Below are positions 41,875-48,660 of a stretch of DNA of 48,660 nucleotides, piece after piece (position 1 is the first letter of the stretch; each line of letters begins with the position of its first letter). The notes under the pieces were generated by a model that worked only from the letters and a program-made list of their open reading frames with translations, was not told the DNA's origin and ran no database searches. Source of the DNA: Patescibacteria group bacterium (GTDB lineage Bacteria; Patescibacteriota; Microgenomatia; Levybacterales; UBA12049); the NCBI GenBank assembly GCA_035715145.1, contig DASTLH010000036.1, forward strand, positions 1 through 48,660, written 5' to 3'. The translations under genes and the position numbers were made by a program.

Positions 41875-42267
41875 TTACTTTTGTGCTGTCATGTCCGAGG
41901 ATGGTTGAAGTATACCAAACATATTGCCTTCGGTATCCTCACAAAGAGCATAAAGTCCAACTCCTGGAATATCATCTGGTCCGTGAAGTACTTTTCCTCC
42001 TGCATTTTTGACGTCTCCCATAGATTTTTTGACGTCATCAACTGAAATTACACATCTGAAGGCATTGAGTTCTTTTTCTTTTTGAGCTTGATACATGCCG
42101 CCGTTGATGCCATTTGGTTCTTTTGGATCGCCTGTGACAACAACAACGTAATCACTCATGTCTTTACCCATTTGCTGCATTTCCCAGCCAAAGATTTGCT
42201 CATAAAACTTTTTTGCTCGGTCTTTGTCTTTTGCTTCTATCTCAAAATGAACAACTCTATTTGCCAT
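41875..42267 (-). CDS. VOC/glyoxalase-family protein
   Basis: RVVHFEI...D.DRAKKFYEQIFGWEM at the N-terminus and GNMFGILQ at the C-terminus. Confidence 0.8.
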   Translation of the reverse strand: MANRVVHFEIEAKDKDRAKKFYEQIFGWEMQQMGKDMSDYVVVVTGDPKEPNGINGGMYQAQKEKELNAFRCVISVDDVKKSMGDVKNAGGKVLHGPDDIPGVGLYALCEDTEGNMFGILQPSSDMTAQK

Positions 42268-42321
42268 ACATTATTTATAAAAGTTTTTTTGTAAGAAATC
42301 AAGAAGAATAATGAATATTTT

Positions 42322-42330
42322 TGTTATAAT
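42322..42330 (+). promoter_or_regulatory. extended -10 (TGtTATAAT) 8 nt upstream of ATG 42339
   Basis: TATAAT at 42325-42330, no SD. Confidence 0.5.
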
Positions 42331-42338
42331 TCTTTCCA

Positions 42339-42845
42339 ATGGCACAGCATGAACATTTTAACTGGGGGGAAAACCTGCAGCAGGCAAGAGGGACAAATCC
42401 AAAAATTTGGAAGTTATATCTTGAGCAATTTTTGCGTGGAGCGCGTTTTGACGGGCCAACACACAGAGAAGATATTGCCGGCATTATAGAAGATGAAATC
42501 AAGTGGGGAGCAGATATGGTGGGTTTGTTTGGCAGCAGGGCACGAAGAGACCATGAGCCTCTGCGAAGTGATGTTGATCTACTTGTTGTTTCGCCAATTG
42601 CTTCCTATGTTGGACAACAGGAACGCATGGGTCTTGGGGAAGGGGTTCATATTGTACGGGTTTCTCCCTCAACGTATGAAAGATATATCACGAATACTCA
42701 GGAGGGAAACAGTGAAGCTGATGAAAGAATGCATGATATTGTCCATGGGGCTGTATTGATATGGAAGCGGGATAAAGAAAATTATTCTCCTCCAGGCCCT
42801 GAGGTAAGAAGAAGACTTCAGGATTTGGACAAGGAAAGAAATTAA
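42339..42845 (+). CDS. minimal nucleotidyltransferase (MNT/pol-beta fold) domain protein
   Basis: LFGSRARRDHEPLRSDVDLLVV (GS-x9-D-x-D motif), preceded by an extension of about 55 aa. Confidence 0.7.
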   Translation: MAQHEHFNWGENLQQARGTNPKIWKLYLEQFLRGARFDGPTHREDIAGIIEDEIKWGADMVGLFGSRARRDHEPLRSDVDLLVVSPIASYVGQQERMGLGEGVHIVRVSPSTYERYITNTQEGNSEADERMHDIVHGAVLIWKRDKENYSPPGPEVRRRLQDLDKERN

Positions 42846-42932
42846 GTTATTTTCCATGAGAGATTTGTGCCATTTTCCCTGTGACACCTGTCACTGCAAA
42901 AAAGAAAAAGAAGGGATAGAGTTGGTTTGTCT

Positions 42933-44102
42933 ATGATAGGGCTATTAAAGAAATTATTTTTACTCATTCTTCTTGTTGTCGGTATTGGGTTTTTTGTCTT
43001 GCCTCAAAGCATTTTTGCTCAAAGTAATTTTTCTACAGGAAATACTGTCACACTTCCCAGAGATACAATAATAAATGAGGACTATTTTGTATCTGGAGGA
43101 ACAGTAGTCATTTCAGGCACTGTTAATGGAGATGTTTTTGTGGCAGGAGGTAATGTGCTTATCAATGGAACTGTTGCTGGTGATGTTTTGTCTGCTGGTG
43201 GAAATGTCACAGTCAATGGAAAAGTAGGGGGGAATGTGCGAGTTGTCGGCGGACAAGTACTTATTGGAGCAGATGTTGGAAAAAATGTCACAGCAGCTGG
43301 GGGCACAATAACAATTGAAGATTCGGCAAAAATAGCAGGGTCTCTCTCTGCTGCCGGAGGAAATATCTCGCTTCTCTCGCCAATAGGAAAGGGAGTAACA
43401 TTTGCCGGCACCCAGATGAGTATTGATGGGGCAATTGGCGGAAATGTCACAGGGGTAGCCCAGACATTAAGTATCACAAGGCAAAGTAGCATCGCCGGAA
43501 GTCTGAATTATTGGAGCAACACAAAAGCAAATCTTCCTTCAGATGTTGCGGTAAAAGGCGTGACATATCACCAGACAAATTGGAATACCCCGCAGCAAAA
43601 AGAACAGATGGAAAAAGCAAGAAATGGGTTTGTTGGATTTAATGTTGTCTGGGAGACAATGAGTCTTATCTCGTCATTTGTTATCGGGTGGTTGCTGTTG
43701 TGGCTTGTGCCTCTTTATATGAAAAGTGTGAATACAACACTCACAACAAAACCATGGCAAAGTCTGGGAATTGGATTTCTGGCAGTGATATTGATGCCAA
43801 TAACATTTATTATTTTGCTCGCAACAATTATTGGAATTTCTTTCGCATTCATTTTGCTCTTTGGATTTGTTCTGTTTATGCTGTTGAATAAAATCTTTAT
43901 TTCTTATGCAATTGGAAAAAAACTTTTACCAGACAAAAATCTGTTGGGACTTTTTGTCGGGCTTATCATCTTTAGCATAATAAGCATCATTCCTTTTATT
44001 GGAGGACTTTGGAATCTGGCAGCATTGTTTGTTGGCCTGGGAGCTATACTTTTGGTTAAAAAAGACCTCTATCTCCAAGCCCGAGCCAAAAAGCTTATCT
44101 AA
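42933..44102 (+). CDS. exported bactofilin-like (DUF583-type) beta-helical repeat protein with a polytopic C-terminal membrane domain
   Basis: Signal peptide, then about 8 degenerate repeats G.V.GDV..AGGNV.(I/V)NG.V.GNV, then 4-5 hydrophobic helices. ATG 42933 preferred over TTG 42927. Confidence 0.65.
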   Translation: MIGLLKKLFLLILLVVGIGFFVLPQSIFAQSNFSTGNTVTLPRDTIINEDYFVSGGTVVISGTVNGDVFVAGGNVLINGTVAGDVLSAGGNVTVNGKVGGNVRVVGGQVLIGADVGKNVTAAGGTITIEDSAKIAGSLSAAGGNISLLSPIGKGVTFAGTQMSIDGAIGGNVTGVAQTLSITRQSSIAGSLNYWSNTKANLPSDVAVKGVTYHQTNWNTPQQKEQMEKARNGFVGFNVVWETMSLISSFVIGWLLLWLVPLYMKSVNTTLTTKPWQSLGIGFLAVILMPITFIILLATIIGISFAFILLFGFVLFMLLNKIFISYAIGKKLLPDKNLLGLFVGLIIFSIISIIPFIGGLWNLAALFVGLGAILLVKKDLYLQARAKKLI

Positions 44103-44161
44103 TTTTCCTTCATAAAAACTCCCCTTGTTTTCCAGATATGGAAGGAGTATAGTTTTTCTTG

Positions 44162-44183
44162 CTGCCCAAATGGCAGTTTTTTT
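44162..44183 (+). terminator. intrinsic terminator
   Basis: CTGCC-caaat-GGCAG (44162-44176) followed by a T7 run (44177-44183). It abuts the next ATG. Confidence 0.5.
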
Positions 44184-44855
44184 ATGACAATAGATTCTAT
44201 AAGTAATTTTGCAAGTGGCTTTATTACTCTAATTGTTGGTCTTTTTGCGTTTACTGTTTATTCCAAGAGTAAGTTTGATTACAAAAAAGATTCTGCAAAT
44301 ATTGTTTTGCTTGAGATACAAAGTGCGGAGAGGCAAATAAAGAAAATTAAGGAAGCTTTAACAAAAAATTCAAGTGATTTACCTGATATCCACATACTGC
44401 AAGATGAAAGCTGGACAAAATTTGGTTATTTATTTTTATCAGATTTTAAACGCGATGAGTGGGATACTATTACATCATTTTATAATACATGTAAGATGTA
44501 TGATCAGTGTGTAGAGTATAACAACAGTTTTTTTCAGAAAAATGAACAAGAAATAAGAATTAATAGACAAAAGGTAATTACTGAGTATGTTCGGGATTAT
44601 GCTGAGAAGATCGAGAAAGTATCAAAATCTGAAGAAAAAGATAAATTGATTAAAGAAAGAGATAAAAAGATAAATGCCTTCATTGACGACTACATGAATG
44701 TTAATACCACAAATCTAAAAGTACCTTATTCTCCTAAGAAGCCTGTAACAGATGGTAATACTTACATGAGTAGTGTTGACTCTAACATTTCCTTAATGAG
44801 TGTTGGTACAAAATTAGAAAAAATTGCGTCGAGTAAGTTCCTATCTCTCTTTTGA
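44184..44855 (+). CDS. membrane-anchored hypothetical protein with a Lys/Glu-rich helical region
   Basis: 223-aa ORF with an N-terminal TM helix. No recognised motif. Confidence 0.55.
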   Translation: MTIDSISNFASGFITLIVGLFAFTVYSKSKFDYKKDSANIVLLEIQSAERQIKKIKEALTKNSSDLPDIHILQDESWTKFGYLFLSDFKRDEWDTITSFYNTCKMYDQCVEYNNSFFQKNEQEIRINRQKVITEYVRDYAEKIEKVSKSEEKDKLIKERDKKINAFIDDYMNVNTTNLKVPYSPKKPVTDGNTYMSSVDSNISLMSVGTKLEKIASSKFLSLF

Positions 44856-44874
44856 TTTATATATAAGGATAATC

Positions 44875-44883
44875 TGATATAAT
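44875..44883 (+). promoter_or_regulatory. extended -10 (TGaTATAAT) 7 nt upstream of the ychF ATG
   Basis: TATAAT at 44878-44883, ATG at 44891. Confidence 0.5.
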
Positions 44884-44890
44884 TACTCCT

Positions 44891-45988
44891 ATGAATCTTT
44901 CTGTTGGAATTGTTGGGTTGCCAAATGTTGGCAAGTCCACGTTGTTTAATGCGCTTCTTAAAAAGCAACAGGCGTTGGCTGCAAATTATCCTTTTGCCAC
45001 AATAGAGCCAAATGTGGGAATTGTTGCTGTGCCGGATAAAAGACTCAATAAGCTCGCAGAAATAACCATGGCAGAAGAAAAAATGTCAGAGTTGCCACCA
45101 CTTAAGCCGGCAACTGTTGAATTTGTAGATATTGCAGGACTTGTCAAGGGCGCGGCAGAAGGTGCAGGGCTTGGAAATAAATTTTTGTCACACATTCGGG
45201 AAGTGCAGATAATTGCTCACGTTGTCAGAGTTTTTGAAGACGCCAACATCATTAAAGAAGGAGCAGTTGACCCAAAATCAGATTACGAAACCATCAATAC
45301 CGAATTGATGCTGGCAGATTTATCTACTCTTAATAAATCTTTAGAAAATAGAAAAATTGACCCTAAGAAAAAGGTGGTACTGGAAAAAGCAGTGGCAGGA
45401 ATAAATACTGGTGTTCCAGTGTATCTTCAAAACTTATCTGATGAAGAACAAGAAGAGCTTCGGGATTTGTTTTTATTGTCCAACAAAAGACAACTGGTTG
45501 TTTTGAATGTTTCTGAAGCGCAGTATAATCCTGCAACTATAGAAAAAGTTTTGAGTGAGTATTCTTCTTTATTGGGAGTAGAAAAGGAAAGTTGTGTGGT
45601 TATTTGTGCTCAAATTGAGGCTGATTTGGCTGGATTGACAGAAGATGAGCAACAGGAATATCTCAAAGATTTGGGACTGGAAAGCTCTGGGCTTGAGAGA
45701 CTTATTCAAAAAGCCTACAGCAGTCTGGGATTGATTTCTTTTTTAACAGCAGGGGAGAAAGAAGTCAGGGCGTGGACAATTAAAAAAGGAATGTCAGCAC
45801 CTCTTGCTGCCGGAGAAATTCATACAGATTTTATTAAAAAGTTTATTAAAGCAGAAGTTGTTGGATTTGACGATTTTGTTGCCAACAACGGCTGGAAGGG
45901 AAGTCGGGAAAAGGGAAAAGCACGACTTGAAGGAAAAGAATACATAATGAAAGACGGCGACGTTGTGGAATTTAAAATTGGCGCCTGA
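44891..45988 (+). CDS. ychF: redox-regulated ATPase YchF (Obg-like)
   Basis: GIVGLPNVGKSTLFNAL, DIAGLVKGA, and a C-terminal TGS-like region ending DGDVVEFK. Confidence 0.93.
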   Translation: MNLSVGIVGLPNVGKSTLFNALLKKQQALAANYPFATIEPNVGIVAVPDKRLNKLAEITMAEEKMSELPPLKPATVEFVDIAGLVKGAAEGAGLGNKFLSHIREVQIIAHVVRVFEDANIIKEGAVDPKSDYETINTELMLADLSTLNKSLENRKIDPKKKVVLEKAVAGINTGVPVYLQNLSDEEQEELRDLFLLSNKRQLVVLNVSEAQYNPATIEKVLSEYSSLLGVEKESCVVICAQIEADLAGLTEDEQQEYLKDLGLESSGLERLIQKAYSSLGLISFLTAGEKEVRAWTIKKGMSAPLAAGEIHTDFIKKFIKAEVVGFDDFVANNGWKGSREKGKARLEGKEYIMKDGDVVEFKIGA

Positions 45989-47389
45989 TTACTCCTGTTC
46001 TTCTGTTTCCCCCAAAACTCTACTGATAACAGGTTGAGACGTATGCAACTGGTGGGCAATTGCTTGTTGAGTAAGGCCTTCGGCTCGTAGTTTTTTTGCA
46101 AGGTTAATTTGCTCGTTGGTAAGTTTTGCGTGTGACCTGAGTCGCAGGCCCAGTAGTCTTCCATGTTGATGATTGTTCCAAAAACTGTCCAGTTGTTCCT
46201 CTGTCATGGGGATACCTCGCCGGTGTAGCTCTTGGGTAATTTGTTCAAAAGGAATATCAGCTGCATTTATTTTGTCGGCCTCTGCAAGAATTCCAACAAC
46301 AGAGCGAATTTCTGAGGCAATATAGTCAATTCTTTCAGTGCGACTCAGAGGGACAAATTCTTCACCAAGTGCTTTGAGTCTTGCTCTGACAATCTGTTCG
46401 GTAAGGCCGGTTGTGCGGGCAATTTCCCCAAGAGTATGGTTTTTACCCAGTGCAAGGCGTTGATATGCTCTTGCTACAGTATCGATTTCTGTCAAAGCAG
46501 GAAGGTAGGGAGTATTGGTTGCTTCAAGATGTTTTCGAATGGTTGTTTCACTAAAGCCTGTGACCACAACAAGATTATGAAGGGTATGTTGCAAAGCTGG
46601 TTTGAGTGCCGTATATGCTGCGAGAATATCCCTTTGGGTTGCTTGTGTGGCAATCTCACGTCTGTTTACCAAATGTTTGTCACTAAGTATTCCTATCTCA
46701 ACTAACATTTTTCTGCTTCTGATGACTCGTTGAAGAAGAGAACTGTCTTTCAAAGCATCAACGTCGTCATATTTTCCCACAAGGTTTGCTTTAATCTGCA
46801 CGGCAATTTCTTTTAAACTGAGCTCTGGTGCGGGGTCTTTGCCAAAAATTTCAAAAACAGTTGCATCAAATTCATTTGGAATATAGCTGCTGTTACTCAG
46901 ACGCAGGTAATCACGAATTTTCATGGTTCTTCTAAAGGCCACGTAATCTGTTCCGTGGTGATGTTTTCTTTCATTTTCAAGATATCCAAAAACAGTTGGG
47001 GGAATGCGAAGATGGGTAGCAACATAATTTTGTGCCATTTGTTCTGATTGGGGAATCATTGAATAAACAAAATTGGCAAAAAAACTTAATTTATCAGTTA
47101 AAGATAAATATGACATTTCATCAATGACTCGCACGCTGTCATGGAGTCTATAGAGTTGTTCTGGTGTTAGTCCCGGATAGGCAAGAGATTCATATGAGCT
47201 TCTTGTGGCTTTTCGAACTGTTTCATAAAATCTTTCTCCCCGATAATAGAAAAAATCAGCAAGAGATGAAGGAGCTTTTTTTAGCTGAAGAAGATCAATA
47301 GGAGGACTAGCGTAGGCATGACGCTCATCTCTTCCTTGTAGAGGAGTCATAGAATTTTCTGCAGATGATCTTTGTCCGTTTTCTGTCAT
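45989..47389 (-). CDS. multi-HTH protein of unknown function (paralog A)
   Basis: 466 aa with several helix-turn-helix-like modules (FSETTIRKHLE; HTLGEIARTTGLTEQIVRARLKAL). The C-terminal LTNEQINLAKKLRAEGLTQQAIAHQLHTSQPVISRVL resembles IS30/HTH_38- or sigma-r4-type HTH. Acidic tail. Confidence 0.6.
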   Translation of the reverse strand: MTENGQRSSAENSMTPLQGRDERHAYASPPIDLLQLKKAPSSLADFFYYRGERFYETVRKATRSSYESLAYPGLTPEQLYRLHDSVRVIDEMSYLSLTDKLSFFANFVYSMIPQSEQMAQNYVATHLRIPPTVFGYLENERKHHHGTDYVAFRRTMKIRDYLRLSNSSYIPNEFDATVFEIFGKDPAPELSLKEIAVQIKANLVGKYDDVDALKDSSLLQRVIRSRKMLVEIGILSDKHLVNRREIATQATQRDILAAYTALKPALQHTLHNLVVVTGFSETTIRKHLEATNTPYLPALTEIDTVARAYQRLALGKNHTLGEIARTTGLTEQIVRARLKALGEEFVPLSRTERIDYIASEIRSVVGILAEADKINAADIPFEQITQELHRRGIPMTEEQLDSFWNNHQHGRLLGLRLRSHAKLTNEQINLAKKLRAEGLTQQAIAHQLHTSQPVISRVLGETEEQE

Positions 47390-47392
47390 AGG

Positions 47393-48613
47393 TTATTCTT
47401 CTTCTTGAGTTTGTCGTCTCTTTTTGTGATTTACAATGGTAGTAATGCTGTTAATACCCATTCTTTGAGCAATTTCTCTATTGGTCAGTCCTTCATCAAT
47501 AAGTCTGTACAATTCTGCTACATCTTCTGGTGTGAGGTTTCTTGATCTTCGTGGTGCGACATTAACTTTTTGGGGATACTTAGAGAAAAGATGGCCAAGG
47601 GTGTTGGGAGCAACATCAATGTCTTCTCGTAAAAGTTCCTCATGAAGTAGCTCATAGGTAATTGTTGCCCGGACTTTTGGATTGCATGACCCATTGGTGA
47701 GCCTGTCTAAAACAATAGAAACTCTTCTTAACAGTTCTTCTGTTTCTTCTCTCATTCCTCGTCTTAATTCATGCTCATCTTGTTTGAGGCCATTAGTGAA
47801 GCGTCTGGCAGAATTAGCATGGTTGAGGGTTGTTCCGTTGAGCAGACCGTTGTTTCCTTCCCACTCAATATGCATGCCTGATTCACGAGCAGCTTCAAGA
47901 TTGGCAGCCAGACGTCTTGCATTAACTCTGTCACGATACTTAAGTCTATTTGCTAATGCCGGATCAAGCAGCTGGAGCTCAACGAGTGTATCTGCGGTAT
48001 TTCGAAGGCGAATTGCCACCATTGCCTGTCTTTTTGCTCTTGATCGCTCAGCGAGTTCTCTATCTGTAAGCAACTCTTCAGGGAATCCTAGAGCCATTTC
48101 TTTAAAATAGTCAATATTTTCCGGGTTTTCCAACTGGGTTTTAAGCCAGAAATAGCTTTCGATATTTCGTAAAGGATGGCGGTCATGGGTATTCATTTTT
48201 GTTGCCAGAGGAAGAAGTTGAAAAAGAAATTCTGCACGCTCTTCAAATTCTTTTATAGCCAGTCTCTGACGAACTGAGGTCATTGTGGAATCTAAGACAT
48301 GGAAGGTATTTTGTGTTTCATCTCCCTGGTGATGGGCATAGTATGCTGAGATGACAAGGCTAAATTTTTCATGGACAGAAAGAGGAGCAAATGTTTTGGC
48401 GTCATCAACAATTTCTGTCATAAGGGCAATTGCATTAAAATCAGGCAGGTAATTTGTTTCTTCTGTGAGAACCTGACCTTTTGGGTCGCCGTGATATGCT
48501 TGCAGGGGAATTTCCCTTAGAGCTTCTCTTAACGATCCCGGGTTTTTGGGAAAACGTGTTATTGCAGCGATTTCCGGGTATTCTCTGGGTTTTACAAATT
48601 GTTTTTCTGCCAT
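47393..48613 (-). CDS. multi-HTH protein of unknown function (paralog B)
   Basis: Same architecture. C-terminal LTPEDVAELYRLIDEGLTNREIAQRMGINSITTIVNHKKR and an acidic tail. ATG 48613 is preferred because of the -10 element at 48622-48630. Confidence 0.6.
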   Translation of the reverse strand: MAEKQFVKPREYPEIAAITRFPKNPGSLREALREIPLQAYHGDPKGQVLTEETNYLPDFNAIALMTEIVDDAKTFAPLSVHEKFSLVISAYYAHHQGDETQNTFHVLDSTMTSVRQRLAIKEFEERAEFLFQLLPLATKMNTHDRHPLRNIESYFWLKTQLENPENIDYFKEMALGFPEELLTDRELAERSRAKRQAMVAIRLRNTADTLVELQLLDPALANRLKYRDRVNARRLAANLEAARESGMHIEWEGNNGLLNGTTLNHANSARRFTNGLKQDEHELRRGMREETEELLRRVSIVLDRLTNGSCNPKVRATITYELLHEELLREDIDVAPNTLGHLFSKYPQKVNVAPRRSRNLTPEDVAELYRLIDEGLTNREIAQRMGINSITTIVNHKKRRQTQEEE

Positions 48614-48621
48614 AGTGTGGT

Positions 48622-48630
48622 ATTTTATCA
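48622..48630 (-). promoter_or_regulatory. extended -10 (TGaTAAAAT on the minus strand) 8 nt upstream of ATG 48613
   Basis: The reverse complement of 48622-48630 is TGATAAAAT. No SD. Confidence 0.45.
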
Positions 48631-48660
48631 CGTCCTAGAGTTGATGACAAATCTTGTAAT

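Noticed and set aside
43082-43492. 136-aa minus-strand ORF
   Set aside because: It is antisense to the GGNV repeat region of 42933-44102. Its repetitive Pro/Thr-rich translation is typical of a shadow ORF.
47682-48110. 142-aa plus-strand ORF
   Set aside because: It is antisense to the multi-HTH gene. Its Ser/Leu/Arg-rich translation is typical of a shadow ORF in GC-richer sequence.
1-48660. tRNA, rRNA, CRISPR arrays, IS elements and integrases
   Set aside because: No GTTCGAATC/T-loop-type cloverleaf candidates appear in any intergenic gap. There are no spaced direct repeats, no terminal inverted repeats and no DDE or tyrosine-recombinase ORFs. The HTH_38-like termini at 45989-48613 are not attached to a transposase core.

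Overview
AT-rich, very gene-dense bacterial chromosomal fragment with about 60 CDS. Adjacent genes often overlap by ATGA, TAATG or GTGA, and several convergent gene pairs abut or overlap. I found no rRNA, tRNA, CRISPR array, transposase or integrase. Gene content and compaction fit a small-genome Patescibacteria/CPR-like organism, but that is inference only.

Layout:
- 1-9.3 kb: housekeeping genes (HIT, rpsU, ybeY, dnaX-ybaB-prs-recR, nadD, nadE, cysS).
- 9.4-25.4 kb: mixed accessory and housekeeping genes. These include metallophosphoesterase, an ABC-2 exporter operon, hexokinase, FKBP, trhO, NUDIX, msrB, MFS, a GT-C glycosyltransferase, a sortase with its substrate, and TspO.
- 25.5-32.8 kb: a GC-richer accessory block.
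- 32.8-38.6 kb: a cell-envelope/exoprotein cluster (second GT-C, VKOR, YHYH protein, two more copies of a secreted domain family).
- 38.7-46 kb: glnA, MFS, VOC, nucleotidyltransferase, an exported beta-helical repeat protein, ychF.
- 46-48.6 kb: two tandem paralogous multi-HTH proteins.

The most interesting locus is the tightly coupled four-gene operon at 27024-32189: a vWA/MIDAS protein, an unknown protein, a PP2C phosphatase with a roughly 280-aa unknown N-terminal region, and a soluble Ser/Thr kinase with a roughly 170-aa insertion. It resembles the TerY-phosphorylation triad but is expanded and divergent.

Other notable observations:
- Recurrent -10 elements 6-8 nt upstream of start codons, implying leaderless transcripts.
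- A 594-bp non-coding stretch (16543-17136) with two near-identical CCTCCC/GGGAGG hairpin plus T-run modules and overlapping mini-ORFs.
- A sortase substrate with an MASTG-type sorting signal.
- A perfect 20-bp palindrome upstream of glnA.

All calls come from motif reading of the supplied translations and the DNA. No database search was possible.
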